From Sphingobacteriaceae bacterium (GTDB lineage: Bacteria; Bacteroidota; Bacteroidia; UBA7662), in assembly GCA_013824115.1 (NCBI GenBank), contig PNNG01000005.1:3075-67074 (forward strand): DNA of 64,000 nt. Reading direction: 5' to 3'. The notes under the pieces are model-generated. The model was not told where the DNA came from. It worked only from the letters and a program-made list of their open reading frames with translations, and did not search any database. The translations under genes and the position numbers were made by a program. Positions 20,233 through 29,000 of the stretch are shown piece by piece; the stretch's first letter is position 1; each line of letters starts with the position of its first letter.

Positions 20233-21526
20233 CGGATTCGTTCATTTTTTGGGTGAGCGACTTCACCACCGGAAGGATGGCCAAGCCGCACAAGAGTATA
20301 AAAATACCAAAGACAAGGTAACCAAAGCGAATATTCGTGCCTTCGTGAAAAAACGGCAGGGTAAACACCCCAATAAAGGCGGCACGCATGGCTGTATCGG
20401 CCACTTTGAAAAAGCTGAGCAAGCGTCCAATGATGTGGTTGGGCACGGTATGAAACAGGTAGGTGACCCGCAAAATGCGTACGCCGGTGTTCACATAGCC
20501 ATAAATGAAACTGAAAATAAAGAGGTAGCGCAGGCTGTGGTTGAAAGCCATGCTCACGTAAAGCACCGACAAACCGATCATTAAAATGCTTACCCCCGCA
20601 ATGGGACTCATTTTGCCAAACAAGCGCCGGGTGATGACGCCCGAAACCAAAGCACCTAGGGCAAAAAGCATATCGCTGCTAGCAAAAACATCGGCTGCCG
20701 ACTGCAGCTGCACCCGCACATATTCGGGCAGTAAAATGCGGTCTTGCACCAAAACGCTCACAAAAACCCCATAGCTAAACACGCCAAACCACAACAATTG
20801 TGGTCGCTTTTTCAAAAAATCGAAACCCTGCCTGATGCGCAGCAAGGCATTGCCAGTTTCGGGTTGGTAGTGCGTTTGAGGCACATAACGAATGAACGCA
20901 ATGAGCCCGAATGCCACTACATAGGTAAGCGCGTCGAGCAGAAAAATTTCGTGCATTTCCCAGGCCTTAATGGAAAAAGGCAAAGCCACTTCGACCCCTA
21001 GCAAATAAAAGCCCTTGTTTGCCTCTATGCCGCCTAGCAGCAAAGCGGCCATGGCGCCGGCCAGTACATTGGTGGCCTGCCCCTGAATTTCGAGGTAGCT
21101 TACAATGCGGGCATAGCGTGTTTTATCGGCCAACTCTTGGGCAAAAGCATACAAACTGGGGTAATGCAGGTTGAAATTCAGCAGGGTCACCGACATCACC
21201 AGTAAGGTGGGCACCACGCCCAAAGGTCCGCTGGCAAAACCAAACAGCGCCGTTGCCAGCACTACCAATCCACACACCGCCGTGAGGCCCATAAAAATGT
21301 GCTTGCGCTTGAACCGATCGATCAGCGAGCCGGCATAAATCACCCAAACCATGCTTACCAGCGTGATGGCAGCATAGAATCGGGTAAAAAGTACGGGTTC
21401 GTGCAGCTGGTCGATAAAGTACCAGGGAATGGCAATGAGGCTGATGCCCTGCGCTGCCCCCGAAATGGTATTGGCCAAAATGAGTAACCAAAGGGCTCGG
21501 GTGTTGGGGAAGGCAGCGGCTTTCAC
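20222..21526 (-). CDS. MFS transporter
   Basis: 434-aa ORF with about 12 predicted TM segments and an MFS-like loop (GSLIDRFKRKH). It overlaps the murF/alr start by 11 nt. Confidence 0.75.
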   Translation of the reverse strand: MKAAAFPNTRALWLLILANTISGAAQGISLIAIPWYFIDQLHEPVLFTRFYAAITLVSMVWVIYAGSLIDRFKRKHIFMGLTAVCGLVVLATALFGFASGPLGVVPTLLVMSVTLLNFNLHYPSLYAFAQELADKTRYARIVSYLEIQGQATNVLAGAMAALLLGGIEANKGFYLLGVEVALPFSIKAWEMHEIFLLDALTYVVAFGLIAFIRYVPQTHYQPETGNALLRIRQGFDFLKKRPQLLWFGVFSYGVFVSVLVQDRILLPEYVRVQLQSAADVFASSDMLFALGALVSGVITRRLFGKMSPIAGVSILMIGLSVLYVSMAFNHSLRYLFIFSFIYGYVNTGVRILRVTYLFHTVPNHIIGRLLSFFKVADTAMRAAFIGVFTLPFFHEGTNIRFGYLVFGIFILLCGLAILPVVKSLTQKMNESDAH

Positions 21527-21733
21527 GGGGTGAAATTAGTTCATTTCCTACAAGCAAGTCCAGGCTTTCAGTTTTAAATCGACGAATCGTGTTCATGCAG
21601 GAGCAATTGGGGGCACACGGATCCATTTGAATTTTTCGAAGAGGTATATCAACAGGTGAGTGCCAAAAAAATGCGGGATTTAGGGTATTTTATTTTGTCT
21701 GACAATCCTGAGTTTAGCAACAAAATATACAAT

Positions 21734-22525
21734 ATGTTGCGTTTTGGGATTTTCATCACCTTGCTAGGATTTCCGTTAGGGGCTTTCAGCCAAGTCAGCT
21801 TGCAATTCAACTTGCCAACATACGTAGGTAATTTGGGCGGATATAGCAAGCACTTGCGTTATTACAGCGATGCCCTTGAAAAATATTATAACCAGCCAAA
21901 GGGGCCTAAATTCAGCTCAGTAACTCCGGGCTGGGGACTTGGTGCCGGGATGTTCAAAGAAGGCTACTACTTCGGTTTTTACTACCAAAGCCACAATTAC
22001 CAAACGGATACTTTTGCCACGCCCCATATTTTTAATGCCAATACCCATCAATACCGGCTTGAAATGCGACATGTGGGCGTTGAAACAGGCAAAAAAGTAG
22101 CCTCAGCTAACGGAATCGACTGGTATGTACTGGGCGGTTTGGAAGCGGGGGCCATTCGCCACCGGTTTAAAGATGAATTGGCCACAGAATGGCTGAGTCA
22201 GCGACGTACGGGCCTTTCAGCCATCAACAACCACAGTAGCATTCAGTTGAATTTGGGTCTTATGGCTGATTATCGATTTCATCCCCACTGGCATTTGATG
22301 CTGCGGGCGGGCTGGCAAACCGGACAAAAACTAAGCACCAAGAGAGGCTCTTCGGGTTTTTGGGCCATGGCGCCCTTGCCCAGTCAGCCGGGTGTTCCAC
22401 CAGTGACCGAAGACCTGTACCGACAGCAATATGGAGTTACCCTTGAGGAAATGAAGGAAGAGTTCAGAACGCCCATGCAGCGGGTGTTTATCGACTTTCG
22501 CTTGGGCTATTTAATCGGCAAATAG
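21734..22525 (+). CDS. Hypothetical secreted / outer-membrane protein
   Basis: The ORF is trimmed to MLRFGIFITLLGFPLGAFSQ (signal peptide). It is aromatic- and Gly-rich with alternating-pattern segments. No family recognised. Confidence 0.5.
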   Translation: MLRFGIFITLLGFPLGAFSQVSLQFNLPTYVGNLGGYSKHLRYYSDALEKYYNQPKGPKFSSVTPGWGLGAGMFKEGYYFGFYYQSHNYQTDTFATPHIFNANTHQYRLEMRHVGVETGKKVASANGIDWYVLGGLEAGAIRHRFKDELATEWLSQRRTGLSAINNHSSIQLNLGLMADYRFHPHWHLMLRAGWQTGQKLSTKRGSSGFWAMAPLPSQPGVPPVTEDLYRQQYGVTLEEMKEEFRTPMQRVFIDFRLGYLIGK

Positions 22526-22624
22526 GCCCCGTTTTGGTGAAATAAGGCCTATTTGCCGCGTTACTTTTACAATCTAGAGAAGTAGAGGCATGCCATGTAC
22601 GGGCCATCCTGTCAGATCAGATAG

Positions 22625-24640
22625 CTATTTACTGCGAATCACCACTTTTTCCGACAGGCTTAGGCTGCCTTGCGCAGGCAAGTTGAATTGCCAAGTAAGC
22701 AAGCCCCTGCGGGCGTCGAGATCGGCTTTGGGAAGAGTGGTGACTTCCACGCTTACCTCCTCGTATTCCGAAATGGGCACCTGGTCTTCCACCACCACTT
22801 TTACCGCCACTTCCTTGCTGCTGCGGATGGCGAGGGTAGAGTTGATTTCTTGCTTATTGCTACCAAGGATGCGTTTGCTCAGTCGGTCGGCATCTTGTAC
22901 GCGTACGGCTTGTACCGAAGGATCGCGGCCCAGGCCCAAGAGCAAAGTATCGCTCAGTTGTTGCGGCTGAATGGGCGTTCTGCCAATGAAGGTGCCCTGG
23001 TAGTACACCGAAGCCTCGCCAGCCAGCAAGCCCAATTGCTGAAATTGGGGAATGCGGGCAACCAAAAAGGCATCGCGACTCACACGTGGTACCAAATGAT
23101 AAACGTATTCGGCTGAAACTTCGGCCTTGCGCACAAAAAGTTGGCGTTTTTCGCCATCGCTGGGCAGACTCTGTTTGCCTTCGATGAGGTATTCGGGCAA
23201 TTCGTCGTTGGCGGCAAGGACGTCCTGAAGCAGGGAGTTAAGCTGAATGAATGAGCCACTACCGAGAGAGGAACTGCTTCCTCCAACTCTTATTCCATCT
23301 ACTAAATAGTCTTGTTGCGTACCGAAAACCCCACCTGCCACGCCACTAATACTATTCACGTCCCTCGTTGGCAATGCGGCAATTTCTTCTCTGGTAACCA
23401 CTCCTCCCCTGCGGGTTTCATCTTTCGAAATGAGCGGCACTTCATAATCTACAATGACCACTTCCGACAAAGAGGTACCAGCCTTTAACCGAACATCCAC
23501 AATGGAAGCACGTTCCGCCACCATGCTCACATTGGTTATTAAAGAGGGATTGTAGCCAACGTAGCTTACCTGAATGTCGTAAAGCCCAACAGGTAGCTTT
23601 GCGGTTTTGTATCGGCCGTCAATGTCGGTAGTGGTGCCTGCCACCACCTTTCCGTTTTGTTTGATAACCACGTTGGCAAATGGAATTCCTTCCTTTGGCC
23701 GTTGTTCATCGGTTACCTTTCCTTGGAAATGACTCAACCGTCGGGTGTTGTGTAAGGGTGTCTTTTCGGGCGTGGCTGGCTGAGTTTGGCCCAGGACCCA
23801 AGGCAGTAGCTCGGGTTTTTCGCTGGTTAAAAGCGGATTAGCGGTGCTCAACTTGAGGCTGACTTGCTCCCAATTTTCACCACCGAATTGGTACACCTCT
23901 GCCATATAGCTGAGCTCGGCCGGAGCACCAATTTGTTTCACGCGAAATTCGTAATTAGGTGCCCAACCGGCGGCTTCATCGAAATAGCTCACCACCAAAT
24001 TGATTTTGTGGGCTTTGGGCGCCCGCAAGCTGAGCAGCAAGGCATGGCGCACTGGCTCGGCCACAGCAGCAGCACGACTCATGGCTTGGTACACCAATTT
24101 CAATTCTTCTTGCAAGGCTTCAATGTCGCGGGCAATACGTGCCCGGGTTTTACGCAACTCCATCAAGCGCTGCCGGTAAAAGTCGGCCGCCTCGCGCAGG
24201 GTTTGCACGGCGGCATTGCGATTCTGCTCGATTTGGCTGTTGGCCAGCAAAATTTTTTCTTCCTGTTCATACACACTCAACTCATGTTTCAGGTCGGCTA
24301 TTTGTCGGCCGATGGCTTTTTGTTTGGTTTCAAGTCGTTCTTGCGCGGCGGTATCGGCAGGCTTAAAGCTTTCGAGGGTAATAGTTTGCAGGCTCAACAA
24401 CTGCACTTCGTCTAAACCCGAAACCTGTACGCTGCCCGCACGCAAGAATTGCGACAGGCCCTTGATCATTACAAACTGTTCGCCGGGGCGCAAATTCACC
24501 TCGCCAGAACGGGTAATTTGGGCGCCAGTGAAGAACAAAGTCACCTGTTTTATTTTGCTGCGGAGCAGTAGGGTGTCGGTGGCTTGCGCCAGGCTTGCTG
24601 AAAAGAGCAAGACCAGCAGTGCAGGTAGTAGCTTTTTCAT
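22625..24640 (-). CDS. DUF4139/DUF4140 (MuiA-like) protein with coiled coil and an inserted CarboxypepD_reg-like segment
   Basis: Starts at MKKLLPALLVLLFSASLAQA (ATG 24640). N-terminal DUF4140-like beta region, a coiled coil of about 110 aa, and a DUF4139-like C-terminus. The insert GKVTDEQ...FANVVIKQNGKVVAGTTTDIDGRYK...YVGYNP... then VVTREEIAALPTRDVNSISGVAGGV resembles a TonB-receptor N-terminus. Confidence 0.7.
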   Translation of the reverse strand: MKKLLPALLVLLFSASLAQATDTLLLRSKIKQVTLFFTGAQITRSGEVNLRPGEQFVMIKGLSQFLRAGSVQVSGLDEVQLLSLQTITLESFKPADTAAQERLETKQKAIGRQIADLKHELSVYEQEEKILLANSQIEQNRNAAVQTLREAADFYRQRLMELRKTRARIARDIEALQEELKLVYQAMSRAAAVAEPVRHALLLSLRAPKAHKINLVVSYFDEAAGWAPNYEFRVKQIGAPAELSYMAEVYQFGGENWEQVSLKLSTANPLLTSEKPELLPWVLGQTQPATPEKTPLHNTRRLSHFQGKVTDEQRPKEGIPFANVVIKQNGKVVAGTTTDIDGRYKTAKLPVGLYDIQVSYVGYNPSLITNVSMVAERASIVDVRLKAGTSLSEVVIVDYEVPLISKDETRRGGVVTREEIAALPTRDVNSISGVAGGVFGTQQDYLVDGIRVGGSSSSLGSGSFIQLNSLLQDVLAANDELPEYLIEGKQSLPSDGEKRQLFVRKAEVSAEYVYHLVPRVSRDAFLVARIPQFQQLGLLAGEASVYYQGTFIGRTPIQPQQLSDTLLLGLGRDPSVQAVRVQDADRLSKRILGSNKQEINSTLAIRSSKEVAVKVVVEDQVPISEYEEVSVEVTTLPKADLDARRGLLTWQFNLPAQGSLSLSEKVVIRSK

Positions 24641-24769
24641 GGCTTTTGGTTTTAGAGGTGAAACTTGGTTCAAGGTAGTTTCGCCACAAGGCCATGACAA
24701 TAGCGTTTGGTGGATGTGACGGTAGGCTGACCAAATGCTGACGCAGAACCGACAATGCAGCCTCAACAA

Positions 24770-25198
24770 CTATTGTTCCCCCGCCATCGTGCCCCAAACT
24801 ACACTTTGATGTTGCCGGGCCAGCAGTTCTAACCACTGCCACTGAACCAACCGCTCGTTGAACTGCATGTGATAGTCGAATCTTCGGAGCAGGAGACCCT
24901 TCTCTTCCGTTTTTTCGATGCAGAACAGGCTCCCCCTGGCAGGTGGTGTCGACATTTCAGTACAGTGGATGTACCAAACCGAAGGCGTTTGCCAAGCGAC
25001 TTCTGCCAGCCAATCTGCTTCCAATAGGTTCGCTGGTCCGGCTTGCCAAATGAAAGCAGAGCTAGAGATTTCGGCTTGAATTTGCTGAAAGCTGGCTGAA
25101 TTGGGAGCGGCCAAGGGGCTAAGTGCGTTTAGCCAGAGTCGGGTTTGGGCCAAAACCAAGTCTTCGGCAGCCGTTGGAGGTAGTATAAAAGTTTGCAT
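24770..25198 (-). CDS. Hypothetical protein
   Basis: ORF of about 142 aa from ATG 25198 (MQTFILPP...), co-directional with and upstream of the DUF4139 gene. No recognisable motif. Confidence 0.4.
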   Translation of the reverse strand: MQTFILPPTAAEDLVLAQTRLWLNALSPLAAPNSASFQQIQAEISSSAFIWQAGPANLLEADWLAEVAWQTPSVWYIHCTEMSTPPARGSLFCIEKTEEKGLLLRRFDYHMQFNERLVQWQWLELLARQHQSVVWGTMAGEQ

Positions 25199-25254
25199 GC
25201 GAGCCTTTCTGCAATAATCATTCAAAATAGTTAACCTAAATCAGGCATCATCAA

Positions 25255-25463
25255 ACTTTGAATCCCGAATTGCCCCCGGCTCTCGGGATGTCGCTTCGCT
25301 CCACTTTGAATCCCGAATCCCCGAATCGCTTTTGGCTCTCGGGGCAGGCGCCCCCGGCTCTCGGGATGTCGCTTCGCTCCACCTTGAATCCCGAATCCCC
25401 GAATCGCTTTTGACTCTCGGGGCAGGCGCTTTTGGCTTTCGGGATTTCGCTTCGCTCAACCTT
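25255..25463. repeat. 78-bp tandem repeat, about 2.5 copies
   Basis: Copy 1 (25273-25350) and copy 2 (25351-25428) are nearly identical: cccccggctctcgggatgtcgcttcgctccacYttgaatcccgaatccccgaatcgcttttgRctctcggggcaggcg. Partial diverged copies lie on both sides. Confidence 0.85.
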
Positions 25464-25472
25464 AAGCCCATA

Positions 25473-25502
25473 TTGCGTATGTCATTTTCCCCCTTACCTT
25501 TG
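25473..25502 (+). promoter_or_regulatory. Putative promoter (-33 TTG, -7 TACCTTTG) for the TPP riboswitch / receptor transcript
   Basis: TTG at 25473-25475 and tacctttg at 25495-25502, 19 nt apart. The predicted TSS falls at the start of riboswitch P1. Confidence 0.45.
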
Positions 25503-25505
25503 CCC

Positions 25506-25588
25506 CATCTTTAGGGGTGCTGCATTTCGGTGCGGCTGAGATCATACCCATTGAACCTGCACAGGGTAATTCCTGCGAAGGGAAGATG
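25506..25588 (+). promoter_or_regulatory. TPP (THI-box) riboswitch
   Basis: catctt-tAGGGGTGC-...-GGCTGAGA-tcat-ACCC-att-GAACCTG-cacaGGGTAATtCCTGCGAAGGGA-agatg. All conserved THI-element blocks are present, P1 is catctt/aagatg, and a U-run follows. Confidence 0.85.
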
Positions 25589-25657
25589 TTTTTTTTAAGT
25601 CAGTTCCTGCTTACTTGCCCCTGGTGAGCATTTGTAAAACCTTTAACTGTTTCGCAA

Positions 25658-28084
25658 ATGCGTACATTCACCCTCCTCACGCTCCTGCTGCTGCAACTGG
25701 CAGCCGGTGCACAAACCACCCAACACCAGCTTTCGGGTAAAATCACCGATGCCGCTACCGGACAACCACTGGCCGGCGCATCCATCCTGCTCGAAAACAC
25801 CTTCCGCGGTACCGCCACCGGTGCCGATGGCAGCTTCCGCCTGGCCCAACTGCCGGCGGGCACCTACCAGCTCAGGGTACAATACCTGGGTTACGAAATG
25901 CAAAGCCAGCGTATTGATCTGCGGGCCGACCGCGAAATCAATATCGCCCTGCAAGCCAAACGCATGCTTACCGATGAGGTGGTGGTGGAAGCTACCCGCG
26001 CCAGCAATATCACGCCCATGGCAGTGACCAATGTGACCAAGGAGGAGCTGGCCAAGCAGAACCTGGGGCAAGATTTGCCATTCCTGTTGCAATTCACGCC
26101 CTCGGTGGTGGTGACCAGCGATGCCGGAGCAGGTGTTGGTTATACCGGTATCCGCATCCGGGGCAGCGACGCCACCCGCATCAACGTTACCATGAACGGC
26201 ATTCCGGTGAACGATGCCGAATCGCACGGGGTGTTTTGGGTGAATATGCCCGACTTCGCCAGCTCGGTCGACAACATCCAAATCCAGCGCGGCGTGGGCA
26301 CCAGCACCAATGGCGCCGCAGCTTTCGGGGCCAGCCTCAACATCCAAACGAACCAGCTCATCGATACGGCCTATGCCAACCTGGGCTTGAGCGTGGGTTC
26401 GTTCAACACCTGGCGGCAAAACGCCACCTTCGGCACCGGCTTGCTCAAAAGTGGCTGGGCTTTCGACGGACGTTTGAGCCGTATTACCAGCGACGGCTAC
26501 ATCGACCGGGCCAGCAGCGACCTCAGCAGCTATGCCCTCAGCGGAGCACGGTATGGGAAGAAAAGCATCCTGCGTTTCAATATCTTCAGTGGTAGAGAAA
26601 AGACCTACCAGGCCTGGTACGGGGTGCCGCAAGATTCGCTGGCTACGAACCGTACTTTTAATCCGGCCGGACAATACACCGATCCGCAAGGCAATACCCG
26701 CTTTTACGAAAACGAAACCGACAATTACCAGCAAGACCACTACCAGCTGTTTTACACCTATACCCCCAACAGCCGCTGGACTTTGAACAGCACCTGGTTT
26801 TACACTTACGGTCGGGGTTATTACGAGCAATTCCGCAACAACGAGCGTTTTTCGCGCTACGGACTGCCCAATGTGGTCATTGGCGGTGACACCGTAACCC
26901 GCACCGACTTTATTCGCCAGCGCTGGCTCGACAACCATTTTTACGGCACCTTGCTCACCGCCAATTACAAATCGGGTAAGCTCAATGCCACTTTCGGCGG
27001 CGGCCTTTATCAATACAATGGCGACCATTTTGGCGATGTGGTGTGGGCACGTTTGCTAGGGCCTACGAGCGAATTACGTCCGCGTTACTACGAAAACAAC
27101 GCGCTCAAAACCGACTACAATTTCTATGTGCGGGGTGAGTACAGCCTGCTTGACAACCTGTTTTTATATGGCGATTTGCAATACCGCGGCATCAACTACC
27201 GCTTCGAAGGCTTCAACAACCAGCTGGTAAATGTGGATCAGAACGTGCGTTTCGACTTTTTCAATCCCAAGGCCGGTGCCTTGTACCGCATCGATGCCGC
27301 GAGTCAGGTTTTTGCTTCGGTGGCTGTGGGCAACCGCGAGCCGGTGCGCGCCGATTTGGTGGAATCGAGTCCGGTGAGTCGCCCCCAGGCTGAGCGCATG
27401 ATCGACTACGAATTGGGTTACAAGCGCCAGGGCAAACGCAGTCTCTTTCAGGCCAATGTGTACTACATGGACTACTACAATCAACTGGTATTGAACGGCC
27501 AAATCAACGATGTGGGCGGCTACATCCGCACCAATGTGGACCGGAGTTTCCGTGCGGGCATTGAGCTGGAGTATGGGGTAAATGTGACCAAATGGTTCCA
27601 GTGGGGCGCCAACCTCACGCTCAGCCGCAACCGCATCCTCAATTACGATGAATACGTTGACTTGTACGACGCCAATTTCGACTTCATTGGCAATGCCCGC
27701 AGCCGCAGCTTCAACAACACCCCCATTGCCTTTTCGCCCGACGTGATTGCCACCAGCATCCTTGGTTTTCGTCCGGCCAAAGGCTTGCAGGTGGATGTAC
27801 TCAGCAAATACGTTGGCAAGCAGTTCCTCGACAACAGCGGCGACGATGCCCGTTCGTTGCCTGCCTACATGGTGCACGATTTACGCGTGAACTACCAAAT
27901 GCCCGGTTATGGTTTCGCCAAGCAGTTTGTTTTTGGCTTGTTGGTGAACAACTTCACCAATTTGATGTACAGCGCCAACGGCTATACTTATCCCTTCATT
28001 TTCGATGGTACACTGGTGGCATCCAACTTCTTCTATCCCCAGGCCGGAACGAATTTCCTGGCCAATGTGCAGTTGCGGTTTTAA
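25658..28084 (+). CDS. TonB-dependent outer-membrane receptor (CarboxypepD_reg N-terminus), TPP-riboswitch controlled
   Basis: 808-aa ORF with a signal peptide, a CarboxypepD_reg-like domain (LSGKITDAATGQPLAGASILLENT...GADGSFRL), a plug, a beta-barrel and a terminal ...NVQLRF. Confidence 0.9.
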   Translation: MRTFTLLTLLLLQLAAGAQTTQHQLSGKITDAATGQPLAGASILLENTFRGTATGADGSFRLAQLPAGTYQLRVQYLGYEMQSQRIDLRADREINIALQAKRMLTDEVVVEATRASNITPMAVTNVTKEELAKQNLGQDLPFLLQFTPSVVVTSDAGAGVGYTGIRIRGSDATRINVTMNGIPVNDAESHGVFWVNMPDFASSVDNIQIQRGVGTSTNGAAAFGASLNIQTNQLIDTAYANLGLSVGSFNTWRQNATFGTGLLKSGWAFDGRLSRITSDGYIDRASSDLSSYALSGARYGKKSILRFNIFSGREKTYQAWYGVPQDSLATNRTFNPAGQYTDPQGNTRFYENETDNYQQDHYQLFYTYTPNSRWTLNSTWFYTYGRGYYEQFRNNERFSRYGLPNVVIGGDTVTRTDFIRQRWLDNHFYGTLLTANYKSGKLNATFGGGLYQYNGDHFGDVVWARLLGPTSELRPRYYENNALKTDYNFYVRGEYSLLDNLFLYGDLQYRGINYRFEGFNNQLVNVDQNVRFDFFNPKAGALYRIDAASQVFASVAVGNREPVRADLVESSPVSRPQAERMIDYELGYKRQGKRSLFQANVYYMDYYNQLVLNGQINDVGGYIRTNVDRSFRAGIELEYGVNVTKWFQWGANLTLSRNRILNYDEYVDLYDANFDFIGNARSRSFNNTPIAFSPDVIATSILGFRPAKGLQVDVLSKYVGKQFLDNSGDDARSLPAYMVHDLRVNYQMPGYGFAKQFVFGLLVNNFTNLMYSANGYTYPFIFDGTLVASNFFYPQAGTNFLANVQLRF

Positions 28085-28091
28085 ATGGAAA

Positions 28092-28120
28092 GGGCGGGAT
28101 ATGCATCCCGCCCTTTTTTT
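28092..28120. terminator. Hairpin terminator between convergent receptor and NTase genes
   Basis: gggcggga-tatgca-tcccgccc followed by a run of 7 T. Confidence 0.6.
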
Positions 28121-28131
28121 CTAAGTATCCT

Positions 28132-28743
28132 TTATAAGAATGGAGAAAAGGCTTGCTCAACTTTAAGCCGCATCTGATTCCAAGTTAATGGCTTTATCAT
28201 TTGAGGCATCGTTTGTTTCTCAGCATCTTCAAAGTACAAGAGGCTTTTCACTGCCAAAAAGAGGCTACTACTCGGGTATTTTTGTTGATACAACTCAAGG
28301 AGTTTATTTGGGCTAAACACTTCCAGTAAAAAATACAAATCCACAAAGTCTTTGATATTTCCCCTATTGGTGATTGCATGAATTTTCATGGCTGCAATGT
28401 CATCTACCGAGGCAATCCAAAATCCTTCGGCCTCTTCTGGGGCTTTTAACCACCCATTCGGGTAATTAACAAAATCAACTTTAACCCCTTTTACTGAAAA
28501 TACTTTGATGCTCTTGGAAGTATAAGTCAGTTGACTTTTTTCAATCTTGTTCAAATACAAATCAACAGCGTCAAAATTAATATGCTGCACTGAAAACAAA
28601 TCGAGGTCAATGGATAATCTATGGCCAAAGTGCATCGCCAAGGCTGTTCCCCCAACCAAGATAAATTCGTCGAAAAAACGAATTTGTCGAATTTCCTTCA
28701 ACACTTCTAAAGTGTCTGTTCGAACTGCGTGAATTTGGTACAT
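28132..28743 (-). CDS. AbiEii/DUF1814-like pol-beta-fold nucleotidyltransferase (putative toxin)
   Basis: 203-aa ORF with the NTase signature LVGGTALAMHFGHRLSIDLDLF (GG...DxD). AT-rich. Confidence 0.65.
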   Translation of the reverse strand: MYQIHAVRTDTLEVLKEIRQIRFFDEFILVGGTALAMHFGHRLSIDLDLFSVQHINFDAVDLYLNKIEKSQLTYTSKSIKVFSVKGVKVDFVNYPNGWLKAPEEAEGFWIASVDDIAAMKIHAITNRGNIKDFVDLYFLLEVFSPNKLLELYQQKYPSSSLFLAVKSLLYFEDAEKQTMPQMIKPLTWNQMRLKVEQAFSPFL

Positions 28744-29000
28744 CTGAACGTCGACTTATCCCTTTTGGTAAGTGTAACCAATAAATTCAAGCTCAGGTCT
28801 GTTAAGCTTCGTAGCGTAGCAGCATAATCAGCAATTTCGTCAATACTAAAATATCTCCGCAACAACCGCCAATCCTCCATGATACCATAGTCTAACACAC
28901 GGCCAACAATAAAAGCTGTATTCTTCTCCCAGCTCAACTGTTTGAGGTCAACATCCCAAAACAAATGGGGCGAAAATTCGGAAAAGGCCGGGCGTTCCAT
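28707..29000 (-). CDS. Small partner protein of the NTase (putative antitoxin; possibly DUF6922-like, unverified)
   Basis: 97-aa ORF (MERPAFSEFSPHLFWDVD...). It overlaps the NTase start by 37 nt, and its ATG abuts the stop codon of the upstream DUF4139 gene. Confidence 0.5.
   Translation of the reverse strand: MERPAFSEFSPHLFWDVDLKQLSWEKNTAFIVGRVLDYGIMEDWRLLRRYFSIDEIADYAATLRSLTDLSLNLLVTLTKRDKSTFRCTKFTQFEQTL

Noticed and set aside
25255-25463. Possible CRISPR array (also considered for the 32-nt repeats at 45835-45941)
   Set aside because: The repeats are directly tandem with no unique spacers of comparable length between them. There are no cas genes in the window.
25643-27028. 461-aa ORF antisense to the TonB-dependent receptor
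   Set aside because: It is a shadow ORF. The plus-strand frame has the complete receptor architecture, and the riboswitch and promoter point in the plus direction.
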